DNA of 34,212 bases from Thermoplasmatota archaeon (GTDB taxonomy: Archaea; Thermoplasmatota; E2; DHVEG-1; B18-G2): contig JAPDJO010000045.1 in assembly GCA_029259115.1 (NCBI GenBank), positions 1 to 34,212 on the forward strand, given 5' to 3'. This document shows, piece after piece, positions 1 through 9,052 of this stretch. The notes under the pieces were generated by a model that made no database searches, was not told the origin of the DNA, and was given only the letters and a program-made list of their open reading frames with translations. The position numbers and the translations under genes were made by a program. Positions within the stretch are counted from its first letter, which is position 1; every line of letters starts with the position of its first letter.

Positions 1-144
1 AACAAGATTAAAGCCAGAGGAATAAAAAATCTCCTGATGGTTTACAACTCTAAATACTGTAAAAGATGTGGAGCTAAGATAAACTTTTACAGAGATAAAA
101 TCACTGGGAGAAAAACCTTCTTCTGTCCGAATTGTCAGTCATAG
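1..144 (+). CDS. C-terminal fragment of an Fpg/Nei-family DNA glycosylase (FPG-type zinc finger); 5' end lies outside the window
   Basis: Not in the ORF track. Frame +1 from base 1 reads NKIKARGIKNLLMVYNSKYCKRCGAKINFYRDKITGRKTFFCPNCQS* (TAG 142-144), matching the Fpg/Nei terminal pattern VY-x-CxxCG-x-I-x-GR-x-T-x-FCPxCQ. Confidence 0.75.
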   Translation, partial: NKIKARGIKNLLMVYNSKYCKRCGAKINFYRDKITGRKTFFCPNCQS

Positions 145-898
145 CTCTTTCAATAACTCTATCTTCTATTTCTCCTATTTTGCTCTTGAGGTTCTCATCA
201 TACTCGAAATCAAAATCATACCTTATATCTACGAGGATAAGATTTTCTGCCTTAGCGATACCAAAAAATCTCTTTTCTTCTGGTTTTTCCAAGGCTTTCT
301 TTATGTGATCTATTTCTATCTCATGGTAACCTAATTTTTCTAGGGCAGAGACTATTCTTCTGACCTGCTGCCAGATGAACGTCTGAGCAAAGAAGTTTAT
401 CGATAATAGATTATCAAATCTGTCGATAATTATATTCTTTATCTCTCTAACTGTTTTCCTTCCATCAGACTTACAAAAGTTTCTAAAATCTCTCTCACCA
501 GTAAACAGCTCAGCCCCCTTCAGAAACAGATCAAAATCAAAATCATCATCCACCTTCAGATAGTATCTGTAATGTCGCAACTTTGCAAACCTCGGATAAA
601 ACTTCTGATCAACCTCCTTGAAACCATAGAACCATACGTCATTCAGCTCTTCATTAATCTCTTTCAGAATATCCTTAGACAAATCATAGTAGCAGTCAAA
701 GGAAATTACATTTCCAAGAGCAGACACTCCTTTGTCTGTTCTACTTGCAGACCTGAATCTATTTATCTTTGGGTTATTTATCAACCCAAGAATTTCCAAG
801 GTATTGATTATGCTACCCTCTATGGTATACACATTGGGTTGCCTTGCGTAGCCATGGAAGTTTATACCATCATAGGCAAATTTTAATGCATATCTCAT
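101..898 (-). CDS. truA: tRNA pseudouridine(38-40) synthase TruA
   Basis: Motifs AYDGxxFHGYARQP, SRTDKGVSA (catalytic Asp), R-x-YRY, FTGERDFRNF, FIWQQVRRIV. Start moved to ATG 898 (MRYALKF); the longer ORF-track start overlaps gatD. Confidence 0.93.
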   Translation of the reverse strand: MRYALKFAYDGINFHGYARQPNVYTIEGSIINTLEILGLINNPKINRFRSASRTDKGVSALGNVISFDCYYDLSKDILKEINEELNDVWFYGFKEVDQKFYPRFAKLRHYRYYLKVDDDFDFDLFLKGAELFTGERDFRNFCKSDGRKTVREIKNIIIDRFDNLLSINFFAQTFIWQQVRRIVSALEKLGYHEIEIDHIKKALEKPEEKRFFGIAKAENLILVDIRYDFDFEYDENLKSKIGEIEDRVIERAMTDNSDRRRFFSQ

Positions 899-914
899 TG
901 GTGTTTGAAAGAGA

Positions 915-948
915 GGATGATTTAAATAATTAACAAGTGTTTTTAAAT
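915..948. promoter_or_regulatory. Divergent promoter region of truA/gatD with palindromic TATA-like ATTTAAAT (920-927)
   Basis: 53-bp gap between ATG 898 (minus) and ATG 952 (plus). ATTTAAAT is centred about 25-29 bp from both starts; no SD is evident. Confidence 0.45.
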
Positions 949-951
949 CCA

Positions 952-2229
952 ATGAGGGAAAAGATTTTGGCAGAATCAGGAGCAAAACCAGGAGATCTAA
1001 TAAGAATAAGAAAGAAAGGTGAAGAATTTGTTGGTATTCTTATGCCAGCACATGACTTTAGTGGAGATGATATAGTTGTTATAAAGCTCAATAATGGATA
1101 CAATATAGGGATAGAAGTAGATGATGAAACAAAGATCGAGATTTTAGAGAGAGGTGAACTGGTAAAGAGAAGGGTGCAAAAAGAAATACCTTACGATCCA
1201 AAGAAACCAACAATTTCGATTTTAGGAACAGGAGGAACTATAGCTAGTTATGTAGATTACAGAACCGGAGCTGTCCATCCAGCATACTCAGCTGAAGATC
1301 TTGCATATTCTGTTCCAGAGATATTTGATATTTGTAATGTTAAAGCTAGAGTGGTTTTTCAGCTTCTTAGTGAGAATATAAAGGTTGATAATTGGATAAC
1401 GTTGGCTAAAGAGATTGCAAAGGAGTTCAACGAGAATAAGGTGAAAGGTGTTGTAATTCCTCATGGAACTGATACAATGAGCTACACCTCTGCAGCTTTA
1501 TCTTTCATGCTGAAGAACCTTCCAGGACCAGTCGTTCTGGTTGGCGCTCAGAGATCTAGTGATAGACCATCTTCAGATGCTTATCAAAATCTTTATCATG
1601 CCTCTCTAGTCGCATCAAGATCAGATATCGGTGAGGTAGTTGTTGTCATGCATGGAGAAACATCGGATACATACGCTTTGATCCACAGGGGAACAAAGGT
1701 TAGAAAGATGCACACCTCTCGAAGGGATGCCTTCAAGAGCATAAACTCTGAACCTATAGGGAGAGTCGAGAACAACAGGATAATTATCGAAGGAGATTAC
1801 AGAAGAGCTAAAGAAGGGAAGGTGGTGGTTGATGCAAAGATATGTGATGATGTTGCTCTAGTTTACTTCTATCCTGGTATGAAACCTGAGGAGATACCAG
1901 AGAGGAGAGGCATAGTTCTGATGGGAACGGGTTTGGGTCATGTATCTAGCGATCTTATTCCAAGATTAAAAGAGTTGATAGATAAAGGATCAACCATTGT
2001 CATGACCTCACAGTGTCTCTATGGCAGAGTAAATCTTAATGTGTATTCAACCGGTAGAGATTTGATAAAGATAGGTATAATTCCAGCTGGAGACATGCTA
2101 CCAGAGGTTGCCTATGTAAAGCTCATGTGGGTTTTGGGGCATGCAAAAGATCGAGATGAGATAAAGAATCTCTTTCTTAAGAATGTCTCTGGAGAGTTGT
2201 CTCAAAGGACACTGCTACATTATCACTGA
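952..2229 (+). CDS. gatD: Glutamyl-tRNA(Gln) amidotransferase subunit D
   Basis: N-terminal KLNNGYNIG domain, asparaginase-like TGGTIASYVDYRTGAV, HGTDTM, GAQRSSDRPSSD, KMHTSRRDAF. ATG 952 preferred over GTG 937. Confidence 0.96.
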   Translation: MREKILAESGAKPGDLIRIRKKGEEFVGILMPAHDFSGDDIVVIKLNNGYNIGIEVDDETKIEILERGELVKRRVQKEIPYDPKKPTISILGTGGTIASYVDYRTGAVHPAYSAEDLAYSVPEIFDICNVKARVVFQLLSENIKVDNWITLAKEIAKEFNENKVKGVVIPHGTDTMSYTSAALSFMLKNLPGPVVLVGAQRSSDRPSSDAYQNLYHASLVASRSDIGEVVVVMHGETSDTYALIHRGTKVRKMHTSRRDAFKSINSEPIGRVENNRIIIEGDYRRAKEGKVVVDAKICDDVALVYFYPGMKPEEIPERRGIVLMGTGLGHVSSDLIPRLKELIDKGSTIVMTSQCLYGRVNLNVYSTGRDLIKIGIIPAGDMLPEVAYVKLMWVLGHAKDRDEIKNLFLKNVSGELSQRTLLHYH

Positions 2230-2232
2230 AAC

Positions 2233-3303
2233 TTATCTGGAATATCTAAATTCTATGTAACAGCTCCCCTCCTTGCTCACCATACATGGTCCAACTGGAT
2301 GGGATGGAGTGCAAATCTTGCCAAAAAGTCTGCAATCTCTGGGCTTTGCAACCCCTCTCAGTATCTCACTGCACCTGCATCCTTTGGGTTCTTCACCTTC
2401 CTCAATCCCAGACAAAATATCCTCAAAAACCTTTCTTGCGTTTCGATCCTCGAATTTCTTCTTCAGTTCCAAACCAGACTTTTCAATTACTGGAAATCCC
2501 CTCCACTTTATATCAACAACATCAAAAATCTCCTGCATGATCTTTTTCGCTCTGATATTTCCTTCAAATTTAACAGATCTCGCATATTCATTTTCAACCC
2601 TGCTTTCTCCATTCTCTATCTGCTCAATTAACATGAGAACAGCAGCTAGGACATCTAAAGGCTCAAAACCAACTATAACTTGAGGGATCTTGTACCTCTT
2701 GGATATCTCAATATAGGGCTCTACGCCTATTATCGTAGAAACGTGACCAGGCTCGATGAAACCATCCAACCTGATCTCTCCCATCTCCAAAATTGCTTTT
2801 ACCGCAGGCGGAATGAGGCGGTGGCAGGAGAGTATATAAAAATTGTCTGGTATATCAGAGAGTAGTGCCACAGCTGTTGATGGAGCGGTCGTTTCAAAAC
2901 CTACAGCCATGAAGATAACATCTTTATCTCTTCTCCTTCTTGCCATCTCGATAGCATCCTCTATACTGTATACAGGTCTTATATCTCCTCCTTTAGCCTT
3001 TGCTGTACTCAAAGAATCATTCATCCCAGGAACCTTGGTCATATCCCCATAAGTTGCTACTATCTTTCCATTTAGAGAAAGAGCCACAGCCTCCTCTATC
3101 TCTTTTGGCGTAGTTACGCATACTGGACAACCAGGACCTTCAACCACCTCTATGTTACATTCTTCAAAGATTTTGTTCAACCCAAACTTGTATATGGTAT
3201 CGTGATGCGTACCACAAACATGCATGAACTTCAACTTTTTCCTATTCCTTTTTAATCTCTCTATCAACCTACCAGCAATCTCTTTATCTCTAAAACTGAA
3301 CAT
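2233..3303 (-). CDS. hypD: [NiFe]-hydrogenase maturation protein HypD
   Basis: MHVCGTH, GPGCPVCVT, GFETTAP, PGHVS and the C-terminal Fe-S cysteines (GCRC...C-x-LFGKICTP...GPCMVSKEGSC). Confidence 0.97.
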   Translation of the reverse strand: MFSFRDKEIAGRLIERLKRNRKKLKFMHVCGTHHDTIYKFGLNKIFEECNIEVVEGPGCPVCVTTPKEIEEAVALSLNGKIVATYGDMTKVPGMNDSLSTAKAKGGDIRPVYSIEDAIEMARRRRDKDVIFMAVGFETTAPSTAVALLSDIPDNFYILSCHRLIPPAVKAILEMGEIRLDGFIEPGHVSTIIGVEPYIEISKRYKIPQVIVGFEPLDVLAAVLMLIEQIENGESRVENEYARSVKFEGNIRAKKIMQEIFDVVDIKWRGFPVIEKSGLELKKKFEDRNARKVFEDILSGIEEGEEPKGCRCSEILRGVAKPRDCRLFGKICTPSHPVGPCMVSKEGSCYIEFRYSR

Positions 3304-3526
3304 CCTTCATACCTCTAGCCATCTGTTCAAAGAGTCTTAGAGTTTCTTCTGCCTCTTCCTTGCTCAAAACCTGTATAGCAAAACCAGCATGAACAAGAAC
3401 ATAGTCTCCTAATTTTGCATCTACAAGAGATGTGTTAATCTTTCTTTTGACGCCATCTCCATAATCAACATTTGCATGTTCTTTATCTAAAATTTCGATA
3501 ACCTTGGCAGGTATTGCTAGGCACAT
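3290..3526 (-). CDS. hypC: [NiFe]-hydrogenase maturation chaperone HypC
   Basis: MCLAIPAKV N-terminus and GDYVLVHAGFAI; overlaps the hypD start. Confidence 0.97.
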   Translation of the reverse strand: MCLAIPAKVIEILDKEHANVDYGDGVKRKINTSLVDAKLGDYVLVHAGFAIQVLSKEEAEETLRLFEQMARGMKDVQF

Positions 3527-3531
3527 CTTTT

Positions 3532-4578
3532 TTACCCCTCCGGTATGACAAAGATCTCCTCATCATACTTCACTATCTTTACCGTCTCCCTGAGCTCGAT
3601 ATCTCTTGGCAGGAGAATCTCTTTCGTTTTATAACTGTCTGGATCCAGAATTAGAACATCCCTTCCTCTCTTGTTCACAACGACAGCCTCTCTGATAACA
3701 TCCTTTTTGTCCAAAACCTTGCAACTAGATATCTCATTGTGCCTAAAGTTGTAATCCTTCCAGTCATTCAAACCAACAGCCTTTATTCCCTTTGAGGAGT
3801 ACCTCCTTATGTAAAATAACCTCTCATCAATAATTATGACATCTCCTTTTCTGTATCTTGGTAATCTTAGTAGATAGGTCATCCTGTACTGCCTTACACC
3901 TTCCTTCATACCGAAAAGTTTTGGTGACTCTTTTACCTCTCCTCCAAATTCCTCCTTGAGTTGATATATCAGAGAATGCGCAACTTTTCTATCACTTATG
4001 TAAAGATCCAAACCTTTTTTCACCTTCTTTCTATCAGCTATAAAAACTCCTCTTCCGGAATCCTCAAATTCTTTCATTCTTCTTCTTAAAAATCCCTCCA
4101 TCTCTTTGATCTCTCTTTCATCAAGCTCCCTTTCATTCCCCCTTAACTGAATTATAGCCTCATAATACTTGCCCGCTTTCCTTGAACATGTTGGACAACT
4201 TACCTTATCCACTAAAATCTCGGTATACACCTCTTCTTTGACTCTATTTCCTCCTATCTCTCCTTCTATATCCACAACAACCTCATACAGAGTTTTGCCT
4301 TTCCTTCTGAACTTTACCTCAGGTCTCTTCCATGATATATTCTTTGAGATTAACAGATTATCAATAACTAACCTCTTCATAGCATCTTCAAGATCCTCTT
4401 TCAGCCACTTTCCCCTGTACTTTATTGATCCACAGGTGGAACAAACTTCGATCTTCAATCTCCCCTTCTTTATACTCGCAAATCCACCTTTCCTCGAATA
4501 ACAGTCCAAGCATAAACCATCTATCAGGTTTTCTGTTTCTTTACCGCAGTTTACACAGAATATCTTATCTTTCCTCAT
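3532..4578 (-). CDS. nmd3: Archaeal Nmd3-family ribosome biogenesis protein
   Basis: Four CxxC pairs (CVNC, CLDC, CSTC, CPTC), YYEAIIQLRG, GLDLYI, KLFGMKEG...YRMTYLLRLP. Confidence 0.9.
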   Translation of the reverse strand: MRKDKIFCVNCGKETENLIDGLCLDCYSRKGGFASIKKGRLKIEVCSTCGSIKYRGKWLKEDLEDAMKRLVIDNLLISKNISWKRPEVKFRRKGKTLYEVVVDIEGEIGGNRVKEEVYTEILVDKVSCPTCSRKAGKYYEAIIQLRGNERELDEREIKEMEGFLRRRMKEFEDSGRGVFIADRKKVKKGLDLYISDRKVAHSLIYQLKEEFGGEVKESPKLFGMKEGVRQYRMTYLLRLPRYRKGDVIIIDERLFYIRRYSSKGIKAVGLNDWKDYNFRHNEISSCKVLDKKDVIREAVVVNKRGRDVLILDPDSYKTKEILLPRDIELRETVKIVKYDEEIFVIPEG

Positions 4579-5161
4579 TTTTCCTTCTCAGTATCTCTTC
4601 TCTCCCTAGATTAAAGGCTCTGATATTTATATCTTTGTAAGGCAAACTCCTTCTTATCTCTTCCAAAAGAGTATCGTGCGAGAAAGGTAGAATATCTAGA
4701 GCAGATAGGGCGCCAAGCATGACAATATTCTTCGAAATTATATCTCCAGCCTTCTTTGCCAGGGAATTTGCATCTATTGCATAGAGTTTACAGTTCCTCT
4801 TGATCTCCTCCAGTATAGCATCTACATCTGGATATTCCACTTTCTCAAATACAACAGATGGAGGTACAACAGGATTTGTATCTGTTAGAACCACAGTATC
4901 CTTATTTGCTTTCTCTATCTCTCTTAAAGCCTCCAAAGGTTCGGTGCTAACGATACAGTCTGCAGACCCTTTAGCTATGAGAGGGGAGTTTATCTCTCCC
5001 ATTCTAACCGTGCATTTTACGCTCCCTCCCCTCTGCGCCATCCCATGCACTTCCGAAACCAGAACATTTATACCGGATCTGACAGCAGACCTTCCTAATA
5101 GAGATGCCATTGTTAGCACTCCCTGTCCACCAACTCCTGTTAAAACGATCTCCACCTTCAT
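4565..5161 (-). CDS. iorB: Indolepyruvate:ferredoxin oxidoreductase beta subunit
   Basis: GVGGQGVLT, SEVHGMAQRGGSV, EPLEALR, NIVMLGAL; 4-bp ATGA overlap with iorA. Confidence 0.95.
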   Translation of the reverse strand: MKVEIVLTGVGGQGVLTMASLLGRSAVRSGINVLVSEVHGMAQRGGSVKCTVRMGEINSPLIAKGSADCIVSTEPLEALREIEKANKDTVVLTDTNPVVPPSVVFEKVEYPDVDAILEEIKRNCKLYAIDANSLAKKAGDIISKNIVMLGALSALDILPFSHDTLLEEIRRSLPYKDINIRAFNLGREEILRRKNEER

Positions 5162-7029
5162 CTTTTTTCACCTACCTTCTCTATGGCATTGAATGGGCAA
5201 ACTTGGGTACAAACTCCACATCCATTGCATAATTCTTCGTTTATCCTCACATTTTTATCCTTGTCAAAGTAGAACGCTGGACAGCCGAATTTTAGAATGC
5301 AAATATTACAATGCCTGCATTTATCAAGATTAACTTGGTAGATAGGAATCTTTTCTCCCCTTTTTCTCTTATCCCTTATCTCCAGAAGTATGCATGGATG
5401 CTTACAGATTACAACAGCTGGTCCTTTGAAATCCAAAGCCCTTTTGAAAGCTTCTTCTGTCTCCTTTAAGTTTGTTAGATCTACGGTTTCTACGTGCTCT
5501 ATACCCAATCCCCCTACTACATCCTCTATATCTAGAGCCCTTGCCTTTTCTCCCATGCCCGTTAACTCTGACCCTGGATGTGGTTGATGTCCCGTCATAG
5601 CTGTTGTTCTGTTATCTAATATTGTTATAACACAATCGTGATTGTGATGAACAGCATCGACTATCGCTGGTAATCCAGCATGGAAGAAGGTTGAGTCTCC
5701 CATAAAAGAGATTATCTTTTGATCCGTAGCTCTTGCAAATCCACAGGCCATACCGGCATTCGATCCCATACAGAGCAGAACGTCTGCCATCTCAAGTGGA
5801 GGAGATCTACCTAAAGTATAACAACCTATATCTGTCGGATATATCGTATCCTTTGGAGCCACCTTCTTTGCTGAGTAATAGCTAGCTCTATGTGGGCAAC
5901 CTGGACACATAACTGGAGGCCTACTCGGTAGTTTGAGATCTGTTTTGCCTCCATCTGGAAGAGGATTCTTCACACCGAGAATCTTTGATATTCCAGAGAC
6001 AACAATATCTAGATTGTACTCATAGAGTCTAGAGAAATGACCGCTTCCTTTACCGTATATCTCTACCTTTATGCCAGAATCAAAAGCTATGGTTTTTAGT
6101 TTCTCCTCGAGTATTGGTTCGAGCTCTTCAAGAACTATAATTTTCTTGTGTTCTTCTAGGAACTTTCTGCAGAGATCTCTAGGAAGGGGATTGGTGAAGC
6201 CCAACTTTAGGATATCAGCATCTATGTCTAGAATATTAACAGCATCTAGAGCATAGCCAACAGATATTCCGGATGCAACAATTCCTACTCCACCACCGTT
6301 TTCTATTATCCTGTTAAATCTAGATTTCTCAGACAATTTTTCTGCTTCCTTCATCTTCTCAAGCAAAACAGGGTGCCTTGCTCTGGCTACAGATGGAACA
6401 GTAACCATGAAAGGATTCTTTTCAAACCTTCCTTTTTTCTTAGACTCCTTTATCTCTTCAATCTTTACGGGACCTCTCGTATGGGATACCCTCGTAGTTG
6501 TCCGCAAGATCAAAGGCAACCCAAGTTTTTCCGATATCTCGAAACCTTCTTTTGTCATATCTTTCGCTTCTTGAGGATTGGAAGGCTCAAGCATCGGAGC
6601 ATTGCCAAATAGAGCATAGTATCTGTTATCCTGCTCATTCTGAGAAGAATGGCAACCCGGATCGTCTGCTGTAATTATCAGATTTCCTCCTTTACAACCA
6701 ACGTACATGAATGTCATGAAAGCATCGCTTGCTACATTTAGTCCAACATGCTTCATACATGTTAGGGATCTCAAGCCAGATAGAGAAGCGGAAGCAGATA
6801 TCTCAAGAGCGACTTTTTCATTTGTTGAGTACTCAAAATAGAAGGGAACATCCTTTCCTTTTTTCTTCAAGTATCTGGCAATCTTTGAGAAGGTATCTGC
6901 GATTTCAGATGAAGGTGTTCCGGGATAGGTTGTGGCAAAATCTACGCCCGCTTCTAACGCTCCCCTGGTTATAGCTTCGTTTCCGAGTAGCAGTATCGTT
7001 TCTCCAGGTTTTGCTTCTACAATCTCCAT
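5158..7029 (-). CDS. iorA: Indolepyruvate:ferredoxin oxidoreductase alpha subunit
   Basis: LLGNEAI, YPGTPSSEI, NEKVALE, MKHVGLNVASD, SSQNEQDNR, RPPVMCPGCPHR, DIGCYTLG, TPP motif GDSTFFH..LDNRTTAMTGHQP, C-terminal 2x[4Fe-4S] cysteines. Confidence 0.96.
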   Translation of the reverse strand: MEIVEAKPGETILLLGNEAITRGALEAGVDFATTYPGTPSSEIADTFSKIARYLKKKGKDVPFYFEYSTNEKVALEISASASLSGLRSLTCMKHVGLNVASDAFMTFMYVGCKGGNLIITADDPGCHSSQNEQDNRYYALFGNAPMLEPSNPQEAKDMTKEGFEISEKLGLPLILRTTTRVSHTRGPVKIEEIKESKKKGRFEKNPFMVTVPSVARARHPVLLEKMKEAEKLSEKSRFNRIIENGGGVGIVASGISVGYALDAVNILDIDADILKLGFTNPLPRDLCRKFLEEHKKIIVLEELEPILEEKLKTIAFDSGIKVEIYGKGSGHFSRLYEYNLDIVVSGISKILGVKNPLPDGGKTDLKLPSRPPVMCPGCPHRASYYSAKKVAPKDTIYPTDIGCYTLGRSPPLEMADVLLCMGSNAGMACGFARATDQKIISFMGDSTFFHAGLPAIVDAVHHNHDCVITILDNRTTAMTGHQPHPGSELTGMGEKARALDIEDVVGGLGIEHVETVDLTNLKETEEAFKRALDFKGPAVVICKHPCILLEIRDKRKRGEKIPIYQVNLDKCRHCNICILKFGCPAFYFDKDKNVRINEELCNGCGVCTQVCPFNAIEKVGEKR

Positions 7030-7065
7030 GTTATCTCCATCCTAGAAGCCTATCGAGAGAAATTG

Positions 7066-7082
7066 GGGAAAGCATATAAATC
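7066..7082 (+). promoter_or_regulatory. BRE/TATA box for thiDN, probably leaderless
   Basis: Purine-rich GGGAAAG followed by TATAAA (7075-7080), 25-30 bp upstream of ATG 7105. Confidence 0.55.
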
Positions 7083-7104
7083 TAACGAAAGCGATTTCTT
7101 TTCG

Positions 7105-8418
7105 ATGAAAAGAATAGCACTAACGATAGCAGCATCCGATACATCAGGAGGCGCCGGGATACAGGCAGATCTAAGAGCATTTTCCATAGCTGGGGTGCAT
7201 GGATATAGTGTTATTACATGCCTAACTGCACAGACTCCAGACAAAGTTTATTCTATTATTCCTTTGGATGTAGAACATGTTGAGAATCAGGTTGAGAAGA
7301 TCCTGGATAAAGTGAGACCAGATGCAATCAAGATAGGGATGGTTTATAGCAAGGAGATATTGAGTTACATTGCCGATTTGATAGAAGATAGAGAATTGAA
7401 ACCGATTGTTGCAGATCCTGTATTTAAGGCATCTGATGGTACAGAGCTATGCGAGAAAGGTTATATTGATGTGTATAAGAGAAAGATACTCCCTTTAGCA
7501 GATCTCTTGACCCCAAACCTGGAAGAGGCAAAAATACTCGCTGGAGGGGAGATGAGTCAAAAGGATCTGCTGAAAGCCATACATGAGAAAGGAAGCAGAA
7601 ATGTGTTGCTCAAAGGAGGTCACTTTGAAGAAAAAGAATCTACCGATATCCTGTTCGATGGAAAAAATTTCTACAGATTCTCCCTCCCAAGAATCTTGGG
7701 ATACAGATGTCATGGAACAGGATGCACATTTTCATCTCTGATAGCAGGAAATCTAGCTAAAGGAAGAGGATTGAAAGAATCCATAGATCTTGCAAAAAGG
7801 GTGTTGTGGAGCATGATACTCAATTCTTACTCCATCGCTGGGAATAAAACGAGAATCCTGGGCGAACCTATCAAATTTGATATCCCTCCACCAGATCTTG
7901 GTAAGGAAGAATTTGATACATGGTTCTCTTTGAACAAAGCTGTAAAGGAGCTGATCAAGATTTTGTCACCCGAGATTATACCAGAGGTGGGTATCAACAT
8001 AGGGTATGCTCTGAGGAATGCAAAGAATAAGAACAATATCTGCGCCCTGGATGGAAGGATAACAAAGGCAAAAGCTTATGGAATACTCAAATTCGGTGCA
8101 TCAAAACACATAGCCTCTATAATTCTGACTGCAATGAAATATGACAGGAACAAAAGAAGCGCCATGAATATAAGATATTCTGAAGAGATCATCGAAAGAT
8201 TCGAGGAGAAAGGATTTTTGGTATCATATTTTGAAAGAGAGAAGGAGCCAGATCAAGAAAGATCGACCATGGAGTGGGGAACAAAAATAGCTATAGAAAG
8301 ATTGGGAAGAGTTCCTGATGTGATTTGGGATAAAGGAGGTCATGGAAAGGAACCCATGATAAGAGTAATCGGAAACGACCCTTTTGATCTCGTATCAAAA
8401 ATTAGAGAAATTCTTTAG
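7105..8418 (+). CDS. thiDN: Bifunctional HMP/HMP-P kinase and thiamine-phosphate synthase (ThiD-ThiN fusion)
   Basis: ThiD motifs TIAASDTSGGAGIQADL, KIGM, DPV, LTPNLEEA, KGGH, HGTGCTFSS; ThiN domain PEVGINI, FGASKHIA, SAMNIRY, STMEWG, GKEPMI. Start ATG 7105 (MKRIALT). Confidence 0.93.
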   Translation: MKRIALTIAASDTSGGAGIQADLRAFSIAGVHGYSVITCLTAQTPDKVYSIIPLDVEHVENQVEKILDKVRPDAIKIGMVYSKEILSYIADLIEDRELKPIVADPVFKASDGTELCEKGYIDVYKRKILPLADLLTPNLEEAKILAGGEMSQKDLLKAIHEKGSRNVLLKGGHFEEKESTDILFDGKNFYRFSLPRILGYRCHGTGCTFSSLIAGNLAKGRGLKESIDLAKRVLWSMILNSYSIAGNKTRILGEPIKFDIPPPDLGKEEFDTWFSLNKAVKELIKILSPEIIPEVGINIGYALRNAKNKNNICALDGRITKAKAYGILKFGASKHIASIILTAMKYDRNKRSAMNIRYSEEIIERFEEKGFLVSYFEREKEPDQERSTMEWGTKIAIERLGRVPDVIWDKGGHGKEPMIRVIGNDPFDLVSKIREIL

Positions 8419-8617
8419 AATAGACCTCTATGAACTTCCTGAAAGACCTGTCATATGTCTTTTCAACATCTTTCGGGAAGCAGCAAGCAGGTAGCTCTTT
8501 CCTGCTGAGATGATATCTTAGACATTCGCAGCATTTTCCTTTCTTATCACAGTATTCATAGGTGCATGGACATCGTTTCAGATTTTCCTCAATGTTGCAT
8601 ATCTCGCTCATGGACAT
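8402..8617 (-). CDS. Small conserved Cys-rich protein (DUF6485-like)
   Basis: 71 aa with CxCTYxxCxKKGKCCECLxYH...ELPACCFP...EKTYDRSF; the pattern is recalled from an uncharacterised family in anaerobes. The start could be 8611. Confidence 0.75.
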   Translation of the reverse strand: MSMSEICNIEENLKRCPCTYEYCDKKGKCCECLRYHLSRKELPACCFPKDVEKTYDRSFRKFIEVYSKEFL

Positions 8618-8693
8618 CGGAATAAAATAAATCTTTTTAAGCGTAATCTTGAAAATCCATCAGCTAGAAAATTTCAGATTGAGCATTTATTTG

Positions 8694-8710
8694 CGAAATA
8701 TTTATAAATA
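8694..8710 (+). promoter_or_regulatory. BRE/TATA promoter of alba
   Basis: CGAAATA followed by TTTATAAA (8701-8708); SD GGAGGT at 8746-8751 before ATG 8759. Confidence 0.7.
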
Positions 8711-8758
8711 GAAATTCCTTGAACCTCCTAAAAACAAATAGACAGGGAGGTAAGAAAC

Positions 8759-9052
8759 ATGGCTGAAGAGAAGGCAACTACAGAAGAGGGAACCGTTTTT
8801 GTTGGAAATAAGCCACCTATGAGCTATGTGTTGGCTGTGGTAACACAGTTCAACAGCGGCTTTAAGGAAGTGAGCATAAAGGCGAGAGGTAGAGCCATAA
8901 GCAGAGCAGTGGATACAGCGGAGATAGTGAGGAACAAGTTTGTACCAAATGCAAAAGTGAAGGACATAAAGATAGGAACAGAAACACTGACCAACGAAGA
9001 AGGTAGAACAACAAACGTATCTTCAATAGAGATTATACTCTCTACAGAGTAG
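8759..9052 (+). CDS. albA: DNA/RNA-binding chromatin protein Alba
   Basis: [39 protein letters not shown]. Confidence 0.97.
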   Translation: MAEEKATTEEGTVFVGNKPPMSYVLAVVTQFNSGFKEVSIKARGRAISRAVDTAEIVRNKFVPNAKVKDIKIGTETLTNEEGRTTNVSSIEIILSTE

